From positions 45,758,001-45,822,000 of the forward strand of contig OZ076413.1 of assembly GCA_964187785.1 (NCBI GenBank): a DNA stretch of 64,000 nucleotides, in the 5' to 3' direction. Shown in pieces: positions 12,365 through 26,105 of this stretch (positions are counted from its first letter, which is position 1; each line of letters begins with the position of its first letter). Source of the DNA: Amphiscolops sp. MND2022. Lineage: Eukaryota. Position numbers and translations under genes: made by a program. The notes under the pieces were generated by a model. It saw nothing but the letters and a program-made list of their open reading frames with translations. It was not told where the DNA came from and ran no database searches.

Positions 12365-13158
12365 GACTTTATCCTTTGCAATGAATTGTAATATTTTAAT
12401 TTGGTTGTATTTATAATGTAATTATATTATACGCTCGAGAGCTAGTAATTTGGGTTTTTCGGAAGCTATAGTTTGATGGTTTTTTGGATTTCCTCACTCT
12501 TGTTTCATAGTCAGGATTCGACAAACCCAGACCCAATTTTTATCGACGATATCTGCTGTGGTCCTGATTATTGTAAGATGCCCGTGTATTATAGCAATTA
12601 CAGACCGGAATGTCAGAGAGCGTCCCTTGAGACAGTTCTCCCTACTTGGGGAACACGAGCAAGACTGTGAAACGGCCAGTCCCGGACGTAAACGTTTGCA
12701 TGCTCGTTTCTCCATCTGGCGTAGCGACGAAGCTTCTTTTCCTTGTCGTTACACAGCATCAACTAAGGCAAGCTCCAAAAACGTGAACTGCTGGGTACAA
12801 AATAAAAGTCAAGAACACACGCAGAAAAATAAAACAATGTTCAGAGACTTTCGTACTTTATACCTTGAATTTTTAGTCGGCCTCTTCGAAAAAAGCAAGA
12901 CTCTTACAGTAGTTAGTTTTTTTTCAGAATGGAAGTTGAAAATTTCCGAAGGGTCCGCCTTCCGATTTTTTGTAACTATGAGACTGTTCAAAATTCTCAG
13001 TTCCCGTCTGATATCAGGTTTTATCCATACATATCACCAATAATTTTTCAATCCTAGTCTCTCTTATCTTTTCAAGTAAAAGATTCCCTTCGATTTTTAC
13101 TAAAAACCAATGATTTTGCGAGCATAGAGGACTCATTAAGGTTTTCAGCACTATGCGA

Positions 13159-13647
<489 letters not shown>

Positions 13648-14632
13648 CCCTCTCACCGGAGACAGTGTTTGAAAAAAATCGAAAGTTTTTTCGCAATGTT
13701 TCGTTTTTTTAAGGAGGTTTTCTGGTTAAGCAAGATGGCTTTCTGCTGTTTCTAGTCAGGAAAAAGTGGTTTTCGAGTCTTATGCTTATCCCTTCGAGTC
13801 TTTTTGGCACAGAATAAGCGCAGAATAAGCACATTTGCGATCTTCTTTTAAACTTAATGAAAAGGTGCATACTTGATTGATCAACTTTCCCGAAAAAGAA
13901 TGTATTGTTATTGAGTTTTTGCATAGTATATAATGGTCGGTATGTTTAGTTCCTTGCCAAATATTTATTCCATTCCGCGGATTAAACGAATACTTTGGAC
14001 GTAATGTTTGACTGTTCTTTAGTTGGCTATTTAGTTTGCTAGGGATGAATAAAATTTACAGCAAAGTTATTACTATTGAGTTTGATTATTGCGTTATTTA
14101 TTGAGACATAATGTTTTGTAAGCTCATTTACCCTATTACAAAAGTTTTCGACTACTTCATATTGCGAAGGAAATTATATTGACACTTTCATTGGGTGAAA
14201 ACTGGTTTGTAAGTGATTTTTGCGTTTGAGTTTTTCAACTTTGAGTTTGGTTGAACCATGGATATCTTAGAAGTTTTTGCAAGATTTTCCACTCTATGCT
14301 GAGTTTTGTTTTGAAAATCTTGACATAGACTTGCATGATTTTACCAAGATTTTAGCAAGATTTTGACAAGATTGCGGAACATTTTGACAAAAATTTGGCA
14401 AAATATTCAAGATATGAGCTGACGCCAGGAAATCGTTACAACTGAAAAAAGTTGTCGAGGATAATTTTAGGTAGTCAATGCAGTAGAAAAATGTAATCAA
14501 AAGTTATTTTTACATTCCAGAGCACTCCCGAAGTTTCATATTCAATACTTTCCGAAATTGCGATACCAATTTACACCTTCTTTGTAAAGACAACGAGTTA
14601 CCTCAAAAGTTTAGCTGATCACGAGTGATAAA

Positions 14633-17500
14633 ATGACATTCGGCTCCGACGAATGTGACCCGAACGAATTCTACTCCGAGCAAACCAAAGAGCACGATGA
14701 TGCTTCATTCACTCAAGCTGTTGCTAACTACTGCACAACTTCTTTCGTTTTATGCTTCGCCCCCTTCATCATTGTTACCCCTTTTTGCGTCAAAAAACTC
14801 AATGTGCTCACTCGCAAGATTATAGCAATGATTGTGCTCGCTGACACATTGAAGTTGATCACTGACCTCATTTTGGATCAGAGAAAGCGCCAATACGAAG
14901 TTCCCAGGGGGTATACTCTATTCGAGTGCACCCTAGTTTCCGTGATAGGAAGTTCTGCCCCTATTTGGAGCATGTTATGGTACCAAGATGTTGCATCAAA
15001 AAACACTGTATTATACCTTTTAAAAGTTCACATAATAAAACGAATTATTGTAATTTTATAAAAGGAAGTTTAATTATAATTGATGCAAGTTTAAAAGTAT
15101 TAGACAAGACGAAAAACTCTAGAGGCGATGAACACTATTTAAATCGGTCGTTGCTCCAACATTGTTTTCCATATTCAGGAAAGTTGATTTCGGCTTTCAT
15201 TTTTGTGAGATAGAAGTTTTTAATTTTGATTTTGGCAGTAGCGAAAAGGCACTTTTTTGGCGTATATTTTTTTGCAGGGTGTTCCAAAACTGTTTCTCAG
15301 AAAATCAGATCTACAAAAGATATTGAAGTAAAGAGTCTCGGTTCTGGATTGTTTTCGTATTTGCCAGTCTCCAGTTGTGAGTCTCGGAACGCCGGGATTA
15401 GGTTGTTTTTCCATTTCCAAAAGTATGATAATGATTTGTTTTTAAGGAAATATCGGATCGGTAGGATGTTGTGTTTGATGTTAAGATCTGATCAATAAGT
15501 AAAGGTTAAAAAATGAAATAAAAACCTATAAAACTATAAAATTTGTGAATATGAAAATAACCTGTTCTTAGCCTGCGCTTTTGTCACGAAAGGTGCCCGA
15601 TTCTTACAATGGCAAGTTTTGGTTTTTTTGTCAGACAATATACCTCATACTGAATTGTCTACTTTTGGAAAAGAGGTTATTCACGCCACAAACCCATTTG
15701 ATGTATTTAGGTCTCTGTTAATCTGTGATCAAAACGAACACAAGACTTGATGCAGCATTAAAGGGCTTTCTTTCTCATTTTGGGCGTTTGGCTATCACTA
15801 CAGGATCAGCTCAAAATACTTTTGAGCAAAACGGCCATGTTTTTATTTTTCAGCTCTGTGGTTTGGCCATTGGGGTTTCTTGTGACGTGGATACCAAATT
15901 TTCATGCATCGTCCAAAAAACTGGATTTCACTGAAAATTATGTCAGCTCTAAAAGCTGTCAGTCCAATTTCACTTTCGCACTCGCGAATAATGGAACAAA
16001 ATGTCTTATCGAAGAGGAAGGTGCAATTGTGTGGTCTTCTTATTATTGCATAATATGCGTCCTTATTGCGGCTATTAATACAGTTTTTATAATGGTTTTT
16101 ATACAGACCTACATTAATTATAGGAAGACGAAGCAATTGGTTGATCCTAGGGATGTCATTGATAATTGAAAAAAAACTTTTCAACTTCCCAGTTTTTTTT
16201 ATCCACTTCGACTATTTGATCATGTCAGACTGTTAATCAACGTCTTGACTGAGTACCGCTTACAATAAACAAATGAAACTCCGACTGGTTTCAACATGGG
16301 TTATCAGTTTGAGTGAACCCACATTTCCTAACTTCTCAGTTTTTTTTCAGTTTGAAAAAAGTATACTTATAAGGCTTAGGTAAATGTCAAAAACCTAAAA
16401 AGCCAAATGACAAAAGCATATAACACTCAAGGCAATACTTTTATTGAAACATTTCCTCCGTAAATTTTTTCCTTGTTAGCATTCAAGATTTTAGCCAGAT
16501 GCTGAGCAAAATTGTTTCAATATCTTGCTACGCTCTTGTCGATTTATCTATGAAAACTATGTTAAAAGATTACCATTGTAATCTGGCCGAGTGTAGAAAG
16601 TAGATGTTTCAAAGACCATCTTTTATATGTTTGTTCGGTTGTTAATCAATTTTTACAACCGTTTTGAATAATGCGATCTCTACAAAATTTAAAAATAATG
16701 CGACTATAGACTTAAAAGCAGCGAGAAGTTACAATGATTCTCAAATCTCATTGGTTATTTAGGCTTTGCTTCTTAAATCGCTGGTGATTATCCTCGATGT
16801 TTTCGTGGCTTCTGGGATCATTCTAAAAAACTTTCACTTTTATTGTAGTTTCACAAAATTGTCGTTTCTGAATATTTTAGCAGACAGATTTCAGGCAGGG
16901 AGACATTTTACACAAATAGAACAACACTGTCTTTATGATGTATCATTAGATGTACAATAAGGTAACAAAAAATTGAACGGTCACAATACTACACAGAATG
17001 ATAATTGTTTAGTTTACACTAAACCTTAACAACTGTTTGTTTCACTGACATCCCTGTCCTACTATAGAGAACAGTACAAAAAAGCGGTCGGTTTCATAGT
17101 TGCAGCGAACAACCAGAAAAACGTCGTGATCAGTTCCATCCAGTATTCCCTAATAGGATTCATTTATGGGGTCACTTATTTACCAGTGGCCGTCAACAAA
17201 GTATACGCCATATTCAATGGACCTGATGCCGAAGCCGATGGTTTTTTTGTTGCCCTGATAATCTACAGTACCATAATGACCAACTTCACCGCCATAATGA
17301 ATATCCTGTTTTACGGATTCTTCAGTAGAGTTTTTATGGCAGAAATGATTCGAATCTTTCGGCAACTAGTTGGACGATGTCGCAATAAACAGAAAAAGGT
17401 CAAGGAAAGACTGTCACTCATACGGCGTTCTGTGAAACCAGTGCAGCAAAGACTCTCGGACACAAGTGTGTCAACTTATTATATCAGCGATAGCGAATAA
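14633..17500 (+). CDS. 7TM GPCR-like gene A; exons 14633-14979, 15764-~16150, ~17068-17500 (second junction uncertain; possibly disrupted)
   Basis: Seven hydrophobic segments, Cys at the start of TM3 and in ECL2, TM7 motif NILFYGF. Phase-2 GT-AG intron 1 is shared with paralogue B. AATAAA at 17631. Confidence 0.75.
16148..17056. mobile_element. Non-autonomous hAT (Ac/Ds-like) TIR element inside GPCR gene A
   Basis: Left end TAGGGATGTCATTGATAA; right end reverse complement CAGGGATGTCAGTGAAAA. These resemble the Ac termini (T/C)AGGGATG. No coding capacity; 8-bp TSD not evident. Confidence 0.7.
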
Positions 17501-18278
17501 TTGAAGATTAATAAGCGCCAAGCAATCTGAAAGTGTTGCAAAAATAGTTAAATGTTTGTGATGTTGCAAAAACGAATATTTCTGTCAGCAATGAATTTGT
17601 TTCATGTGACTTTACTTTGGGAATTTTACAAATAAAGAGCACTCGTGCAAAGTATTGGTTTTTCCTTATTTTGTGCAATGAAATATATGTTTTTGTTTTT
17701 CTAGAAAAGTAATTTTATTTTCAGTGGCGCATTTAATTTTTGTCGGTGGGAATCTTTCAATATTTTCCAACAAAGTCTGCTTGAAACTAGTTGGGAGTAG
17801 TTTTCTCAAGCTTTTGAACTGAACTGTGCTATACCAATCTATTGCACGTATATGAGGTGTAACTTTTCGAATGAATATAACGTCGAAATTTGGTATAACG
17901 TCGACAACGTCTTATCAGGCTAAAGGCGTCAATCAGTTCTCTTCTAGGTCAAATGAATAAAAATGAATTGCTTGATAAAAAATGAATAGTTTGGGTGAAT
18001 GAATAAATATGTTAAAAAATGAATAGTTTGGGTGTAACGTTCACTTTCGGAACCAAAAATGCCTATGTTCGGCGTTACTCATTAAGTGTTTCTATTTCCT
18101 TGCACTTTCCAGAATATTCTTTACTTTTTGTGAAACACGTAGAAAATTGATATTGAAGGTAACGTGCAAAGCTCTAGTAGAGTTTCTGAAATTGGTTATC
18201 AAATATTGGAAAACTTACTTACTGTCAACTCTGTTTGGCTTTGACAACAAGTATAAGATTGCCATCTGCAACACTAAG

Positions 18279-18589
18279 TGTTGAGGTGATGACCTAGAAG
18301 AACATAGATGAATGCCCGAGATGAAAACAGATCATTGAACTATAAATTAGCATAGCAGGCGTGAAAACTTATTGACCTGTTGATGAGTAAACTTTGCTAA
18401 TAAACACGTGCTTCCTATTACTATTTATTTGTCCTGTTAAATATTTGTTTGTAATTATTATCGACCAGAGTTGAGATGAATTCATTAACCCGGATTTGTG
18501 ATTCTAATATTCAGTTGACTATTAACTAATCTCTGTTTTCATCACGCTACGCGAAATACTGCGCGATAGTCTAAATCCTGATCGTAACA
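18279..18589 (+). repeat. Copia 5' LTR (311 bp)
   Basis: Direct repeat of 22968-23268. Confidence 0.95.
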
Positions 18590-18604
18590 GGTTATGTTGC
18601 CCAG
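18590..18604 (+). promoter_or_regulatory. Copia PBS (half-tRNA-iMet type, degenerate)
   Basis: GGTTATGTTGCCCAG directly after the LTR, similar to the copia-type GGTTATGGGCCCAG. Confidence 0.7.
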
Positions 18605-18738
18605 AGTGAATTGAACAGAGACAATTCTCGTACAAAAGCGCGCTCATCTCAATCAACTGCCGATTGAAAAATTGTTTTCAACAGAAAGAAGCCTCTATAA
18701 AGAACGTTTTCCTGTGTCGAAAAGGACCTTGCAACAAT

Positions 18739-21700
18739 GAAATGGCTCTGTTTCTCTGGAAAACAAGAAGATTTTGCAACTTGGAGTACCAGGTTCATCG
18801 CTTATATTCACACAAAAATCTTTTCGAAACACTGGCTGGCATAGCAGTGGAACCCGTTGAACCCGCAGCTTTGGGAGACGCTCCGACGAATGAGCAGAGA
18901 GAAGCTCATAGAGTTGCAACAGAGGAGTTTGAAAACAATAAAAAGAAATTCCGAGATGACAAAAACACACTGTGGTGCATGCTGGCTCTGACACTTGATT
19001 CGACAAGTCTAATGCTGATACAACATGATTGTGTTGGAAAAGATGGCCTTGGTGACGGAACCAGAGCATGGATTGTTTTGAAGGAAAGATTCAGAAGTGA
19101 AGAATCACCAACAATTGTGGCTCTTGTATCTCAAATTGCAAGAATGCGACTGAAACCAGACGAGGCACTGCACGAGTATTTCATCAGAGCACAAGAATTG
19201 ATGACAAGGCTGAGTGATGCAGGTGAACGCATTTCGGAGACGATATTCATGGCGTTGCTTCTCGAAGGACTTCCTGAGAGATTCGAGAATTTTGTGGTGC
19301 ATGAAAGTTTCAATCCATCCGCCAACTTCACTGAGTTGAGATAAAGATTGACAAACTTCGAGCAAAGCCACAAGCAGCGCAATGGCGAAGAAGAGCAGCA
19401 AAATCAGCATGTGGCAATGCCGTCAAGGGGGAAGTTCGAGAAGAGTAGCAGTAAGTCAAAAAGTTTTAGTTATAAAAATAAGGAAAAGGCCGAAGAAAGA
19501 AAGCGATTGAGTTGTTATTGATGTGGTAAAGTAGGTCATATAGCCAAAAATTGTTTTTTTGAGAAACAAAGCAGAATGTCGAAAATGTGGTAAAAAAAGA
19601 CATTTAGAAGTTACTTGTAGGAGTCAAAGTACGGAGAAAACCGCCGTACAAATGCCCAACTCTCAAAGTCTACATTCAGTTCACCTGAGTTCAGGGAGCA
19701 AAGTAGTGAGTAAGGACAAAGTTTTAATTGACTCAGGATGCACAGATCACATTCTGACAGACCGAAATTTTTTTCCAAAACCTCAGAGAGATAACGTCTA
19801 GCGTAAAAAATCCGGATGGAAGTTGTTGCAAAATTGAAGGTATTGGAGACGTTGAAGTCGAACTTCGTAATGAAAATGGAAGTACAGACACGTTGATAAT
19901 GAGGGATGTACTTTTCGTACCAAGTTTTGAAACAAACTTAGTTTCAGTGTCAAAATTAGTCGAAAAAGGACACAGAGTCGAGTTCAGCTCGAACTGTTCG
20001 CAATTGAAAACTGAGAAAGGTGCAAACTACAGAATTGATAGAGAAGGAAATCTTTATACTATCCAAATGAAATTAGTTGAAAAACCTTTGAGCTTTGCTA
20101 CGAATGCAACGAAAATGACTGATTTGGAAACATGGCACAAAAAATTAGGTCATGCAAATGAGCGAAGTACAAGACTCACGGTACCTAGTTTGAAGAAGTG
20201 TGAGTTCTTTTGCGAACCGTGTGCACTTGGTAAGATTCACGAGAAGCCACTACCTCGTGAAGCAGGTTCGAAGGCTAGCAAAAAGTTAGAAAGAGTGTAT
20301 ACTGACATAAAGGGGCCAATTGAACCCGCAAGTATCAATGGTTATCGATACGCTATCACTTTCGTTGACGAGTATACGAATCACGCAGTTGTGAAATTCA
20401 TGAAATTCAAGTCTGAGGCACTTGAAAAACTAAAACAATATGTAGCGGAAGAAGGCGTACCCGAACAAAATAAAGCGGGAATTTACAGTCCCAGAGACAC
20501 CGCAACAAAATGGAGTAGCTGAAAGATACAATAGAACGCTAGCAGAGATGTCTAGATGTAACTTGATTGAAGGCAAGCTTTCTAAAATGTACTGGGTTCG
20601 AGCGATGGCAACAGCGAATTACACTTTGAATCGCATAACGAACGAGAAAACTAAAAAATCTCCATTTGAACTGTGTTTTGGTAAAAAACCTGACTTGACA
20701 AAACTTCGGGTATTTGGATGCACAGTGTTCATGCAGAAACGAAAACAGCAACGAAGTAAACTAGAACCTAGAGGCGTCAAATGTAAGTTTTTAGGCTACG
20801 AGGATTGTAGTCCATCTTACGTTGTTCAAGAGATTGACTCAGGTAAAATTCATTTTGCGAGAAATACTATTTTCAATGAGAACGAGATACCGAGCTCACA
20901 TTTCGGCGGAGACAGAGTTGTTAGATCAGATGACGATTCCATTATCGATATTTTTGAAAAGATTGCTGAAAGGAAGGCAAATGAAATTTCAACTAATCAA
21001 GAGAAAGTTGAAACTACAAATTCGCGTACATATGCGCAAGACGAAGACCAATCCGATGAAGTCGAAAGTCTCGTTAATGATCAAGCACTATTTGAGGTAT
21101 GTAATGTTGCCACCATGAGTCAAGTAGTTAAAGAAGAGACTGAAGGAAATGATATTAGAACCCACGTACTTCGTACAGACCTCACCTCAATGACTGTCAA
21201 ATTGTTCTCGGAGGACAAACTTTTAGATGTTTACCCCGTGAAAACATAGTTGATCGCTCAGAAGCGAGTGAGAAGAAATCACCGTTGAAAAAACTTTTGA
21301 TGCGAGGAGCTCGAAATAGAAGCGTACCAACAAGATATGGTACTACATACACGCATAAAAGTGAGAAAGTTGATATTTTTGAGCCAAAAACATATAGTGA
21401 AGCTGTCGAGAGCTCAGACAAAGCATTATGGTTAGTAGCAATGCAGCAAGAAATGAATGCTTTTGCTGAAAATGAAACTTGGAGTTTGGTAGAGAGACCA
21501 AAAGATAAAAATGTGATGAACGGAAAGTGGGCCTTCAAAGTAAAACAGAATGAAGAAGGCGAAATAGACAAACATAAAGCAAGATATGTAGCTAAAGGCT
21601 ATGCTCAAGTGGAAGGAGTTGATTTGAATAAAACGTTCGCTCCAACATGTCGACCTGAACCATTCAGAACAGTGTTAGCGATAGCTGCGAGTAGAAAAGT

Positions 21701-22978
21701 TAGCATAGAGCAAATGGATGTGAAGTCTGCATATTTACATTCTGAAATTCAAGAAGAATTTTACCTAGAGCAGCCTGAAGGATTTGAGAAAGGAAACAAC
21801 TTAGTGTGTAAATTGAGAAAGTCTATATATGGCTTGAGACAAGCAAAAAATTACAAAAAAATTACATGAGTTTTTGGTAGAAAAAGAAATGAAAAAAAGT
21901 GCTAACGATCCGTGTCTATTCACAAGAAAAAGTCAAGATAACTTCCTGTACATTTTAACGTTGGTAGATGACATTCTGATAGTGGGAAATAAACCCAAGG
22001 ACGTTCAAAAACTAAAATATAGTCTTTCCCAAAACTTTAAAATGGAAGATAGGGGCAAAATCAAACACTTCTTAGGGCTCAGGATTAGCCAAAATGAAGA
22101 TGGTGTTAGTGTAGATCAGGAAATGTTCATCCAGAACGTGCTCAGAAGGTTCGGAATGGCAGATTGTAAGCCCAATAAAACTCCAGCTGAGATAAATCTA
22201 AAGTTAGAGAAAAGTAGCGAACAAAGTGATATAGACGTAACAGCTTATAGAAGTTTAGTTGGATCATTGATTTATGTGTCAAAACAAACAAGACTTGATG
22301 TCACTTGGAGTCAATCAGTTATCACGTCATATGCAAAGTACAACGCAACAACATTGGATTGCAGCAAAAAGAGTTTTGCGATATCTGCAATTCATGAAGA
22401 CAATGAAGATTGTTTATGACGGAAATTGCAACCTAATACTTCAAGGTGCATCAGATGCAGATTGGAGTGGATATGCTTCAGATCGGAAGTCAACCACTGG
22501 ATTCTATTACAAGCTTAGTGACAGTGGGGGAGCAATCAGTTGGAACTGCAAAAAGCAAAACACAGTCGCCTTATCAAGTTGTGAGTCAGAGTACCAAGGA
22601 ATGTGTGCAGCAGTTCAAGAAGCGATCTTTTTGAGACAACTATTAGAAGATTTGTTCATTCCGCAGATGAAACCAACACAAATTGCGGAAGACAATCAGA
22701 GTTGCATAAAACTATGTAACAATCCAGTATTCCATAGAAGGTCGAAACACATGTTGACAAAACTTCACTACATTAGAGAGAAAGTGGAAGATGGAAGTGT
22801 GGAAATATTCTATCAACCAACCGAAGGAATGGCAGCAGATATTTTCACCAAAGCACTGGGAAAACTGAAGCATGAGAAGCATCGAAATTATTTACTTGGA
22901 GAACACCTGTTGAAAGATGCAGACTTTTCCTATAGTGGGAAATTACCCGGAAAAGTCTGTGTGGGGGTGTTGAGGTGA
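18739..22978 (+). pseudogene. gag-pol: Copia gag-pol polyprotein with stops, frameshifts and an internal deletion
   Basis: CCHC knuckles; protease LIDSGCTDH; WHKKLGH..CEPC; VYTDIKGP; TPQQNGVAER (shifted frame); RT KARYVAKG, QMDVKSAYL, LVDD; RNase H SDADW, EDNQSCI. Confidence 0.95.
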
Positions 22979-23268
22979 TGACCTAAAAGAACATAGATGA
23001 ATGCCCGAGATGAAAACAGATCATTGAACTATAAATTAGCAAAGCTGGCGTGAAAACTTATTGACCTGTTGATGAGTAAACTTTGCTAATAAACACGTGC
23101 TTCCTATTACTACTTATTCGTCCTGTTAAATATTTGTTTGTAATATTTTGTTTGATAAATTCATTAACCCGGATTTGTGATTCTAATATTCAGTTGACTA
23201 ATAACTAATCTCTGTTTTCATCACGCTACGCGAAATACTGCGCGATAGACTAAATCCTGATCGTAACA
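22968..23268 (+). repeat. Copia 3' LTR (301 bp)
   Basis: Direct repeat of 18279-18589 with one divergent patch. Confidence 0.95.
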
Positions 23269-24354
23269 CTAAGCGTAATGCAGTGCGCCTTTATGACATT
23301 AAAATGAAGTAGCTCTCGACACGAAAGGACAAAACTTCTTTCAAATCCGGCTGCTTTTTGGGGAACCACCAGTATCCTGCGGTTCTTTGATATTATGAAG
23401 AGAACAGTCGTATTGTCGGTGTCGTGAAGTGCGCTCCAATGTATAGCAGCAACGCTGGAAAGCCATTTACATCTCAACACTGCGTGAACTCTGCCAGTGA
23501 AATTTCTTACCAACGGACTTTTGTCCATTCCACAACTTTTTTCACCCAAAACACACTTCCTGCAAAGATCTGAAGTGACATCTTTGGTTACCAGAAATTT
23601 CAGAACGTTCCTAAACCAACCTCCGAGGATCTGAACTACCTGTCTTCATTTTCTACAGGTTCTGCAGCTTACACCAAGAGCGCTCGCGCACATGTCATGC
23701 TTCATCTCGAAAACGCCAAAGATAACGGTTTTCGCTGATAAGACAAGAAAAATCACTCCTTTGTTGCTCTAAAAGGATGCAAAAGCACACAATCACCTTC
23801 AAGAAGCTAGTATAAACATCCACAAACAGTACTCCATAGAATTTGAAGCTATCTCAAATTTTCATGACCCAAACTCGAAAAAAGTACAAAACCTGCTTTG
23901 ACGAGTCGTACTTTTCAGTCCATTTTTCTCATCATCCAGAACAGTTAGAAAAGATTTGATTTGACTGCCAGCATCGCCAAGACTTGTGCTACGTGCCTAC
24001 TAAAAACATTTCTTCTCGGACGTCACACGAGGAAAAAGACGGATGAAACAGTATCGCTCCTTTTGACTGCAGAAGCACTAAACACGAGTCTGGGACAGAA
24101 CCCGCTGATGGAAACCTGCAAACTACGACGATACATGATACATGCAAACAAATACCAATACCATACACAGATCAACGGTTGTTCGACAAATTTCCCTGGA
24201 AAACCAGGCTAGACACCTGTAAACACGTACATAACATCTGAAAAATAGGGAAAAACTACGGGAAAAATTCTCCATGCAGAGTCGAATCGTTCTGGGCCTC
24301 CATCACAAGCGGATCAGACTTTCCATAACAAATGCGGCAGATATGCAGTAGCGA

Positions 24355-24710
24355 TCTCTCTGTGGCTCGCCAAAATTGCTCAATGTAACGACAAGCTGCT
24401 GCGTAGCCCGGCCAAGAAACATAGGCGGGAGGAACCTGAAGGATGGGCTTCGTTGGACAGTGAAACATTGGGGTAATTGATTCTATTGAGAAACGCGATA
24501 GCTGATACCAAAAACCTAATTAGTAGGATGTTGCTTTTCCTGGAGTTTTGTCAAGATATTTATCAGAAAAATAAACTATCGCTTTTCATAGGTCCTCACA
24601 AAACATCGGGGGCGATTGATTCTTTTGAGAGAAACGCGATAGCTGATACCAACGACCTAATTACTAGGATGATGCTTTTAGTGGAGTTTTGTGAGGATAT
24701 TTATCAAAAG
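24355..24710 (-). mobile_element. Remnant LTR 3' end plus PBS of another long-LTR family member; far boundary undefined
   Basis: Minus strand reads ..CTTGTCGTTACA (ends 24384), an 11-nt spacer, then TGGCGAGCCACAGAGAGA. Confidence 0.55.
24463..24709. repeat. Diverged tandem duplication, period about 138 bp
   Basis: aaacat(t/c)gggg..gagaaacgcgatagctgatacc..gatatttatca occurs at 24463 and 24601. Confidence 0.85.
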
Positions 24711-25934
24711 AGATATTTACCATTTGTATCTGGGGTGTTTTGCTCGATCAATTGTTCAATTGTTTTGCCGTTGGTCTTTTTTGCACTAACTTTGTCTCTG
24801 TACAGGTTATGCAAGTTCGTTTTGTCTATTGGAAAGTTGCTTCTGAAGTTGAAGATCGTGGAATCAAGTCTTTTATCGTATGCAAGCGATTGACTCCAAT
24901 AGATTGTAATAGATTGTTTGGCTCTTCCAAAACCACTTGAACATTTGAACTACGAGTTGTGGAACAAAAGGTGAGCTCTGAAGCTTCACTCTGGTTGTCT
25001 CGATCGATTTTTGGCAAGAGCTCCTCAAAAAATGTGCCTTCGGATGAGGCAATTCGTTGAGCCAGACAGAAAAAATTTTCCCAAGTACACCTTTTACTTC
25101 AATTTGAAATGCATAATCTTGAATTTGATTGGTGCTGCATATACCTTTTAGTTTGCTGAGGGAATGACAAGCTTTGAAGTCCTCTGGAAAGCCAACTGAC
25201 ACATACCTTCATCTAGGCCTACATTTTTGCCAAATTGAACGTTGTAGAAAGTAAGGGAATACCTAGACGTAAACGCTCCTGCTCCAGTACTCTTTTCTTC
25301 AATCCTCCACACTATCAGCAAGTTTAATAATATCTTTGTCTATATCGACAAGTTTTTGGATTATCAAGTTGAATAAATAAGTTCGAGAGTTTTCATCGTC
25401 AACTTTTTAAATCATAGTTTGCTTGTTTCAAAAGTTGGTTTCGGTCATTGCTAATTTCACGTTTTGCTAGAAGTTACTACTGAGTAAAAACGACTGCTCA
25501 TTGCAACACCAAACGCATTCGATTCAATTTTGTCAGGTAAAATTTATTTTGGTCTTTGTTTCTAATTTACATTCGACTGTCCATTGAGGTCAAAATATTC
25601 TACTAAATGAAAGGATTTCAATATGACTACTTTTTCTACATTTTCCGGAACAAATGTGTCGTATTATTAGAAAACGTTCAAGGGCTAAATTTGGGTTGTT
25701 CAAAGAGGGCTTTGAACATTTGAAATCAAAAGTGTCAGTGTTGGGACTGCATTCTGCAGCAAGAACTTCTAGCACCATCTTGGCCCCGTTTTTTGATTTT
25801 CATGAAACTAATTTTGCTCTAATGAAAGTGTAAGTTGAATGATGCTTTTTCATATCTAAAGTTGTTCGTTTCATAATTGTGACAAAGTTTATCTTTACTA
25901 CTACCATTCGAACATCGACTTGTTTGTTATTCTT

Positions 25935-26105
25935 AACCGGGATACCATCATACTAGCATCTTGGCTGTCTTGGCAAGATTTTGCCAAATTCTTACTTCAT
26001 CTTGGCAACCATGGATCCCATTACAACATTCTTATCAGAATCTTACTAAGATAATACATTGTTCCAAGATCGTATCTGACCAGAATGGACAATATTCTAA
26101 GACTA
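25935..26105. repeat. Dispersed repeat rich in CAAGAT(C/T)TT motifs; related copies near 14255-14420, 29040-29150 and 29243-29405
   Basis: Shared ctagcat..ttgcca..atcttac..cttggcaaccatggatcc..cttactaagat..ttccaagatcg between 25952-26075 and 29261-29405. ACCGGGTTGACC-type ends at 29149 and 29243. Confidence 0.6.

Larger units (their letters stand above)
5644..12753 (+). mobile_element. Solo LTR of the long-LTR (TGTAAC..GTTACA) family, split in two (5644-5963 and about 12368-12753) by a nested element
   Basis: Starts TGTAACG and ends CGTTACA. Both halves share motifs with the other family LTRs (caaagtacctgtca; gagagcgtcc..gagacagttc). Rejoined length about 706 bp; flanked by cag/cag. Confidence 0.7.
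18279..23268 (+). mobile_element. Ty1/Copia LTR retrotransposon, full length but defective
   Basis: TG..CA LTRs at 18279-18589 and 22968-23268; perfect 5-bp TSD CTAAG; order gag-PR-IN-RT-RH; PPT GTGGGGG. Confidence 0.97.

Noticed and set aside
15711..15763. Alternative acceptor tttag at 15710 for gene A exon 2
   Set aside because: Gives an in-frame TGA; the acceptor at 15763 keeps the frame and matches paralogue B.
24256..24468. Argonaute/PIWI C-terminus-like peptide (QVPPAY)
   Set aside because: Only a short resemblance; it overlaps an LTR end and PBS and has no upstream PIWI motifs.
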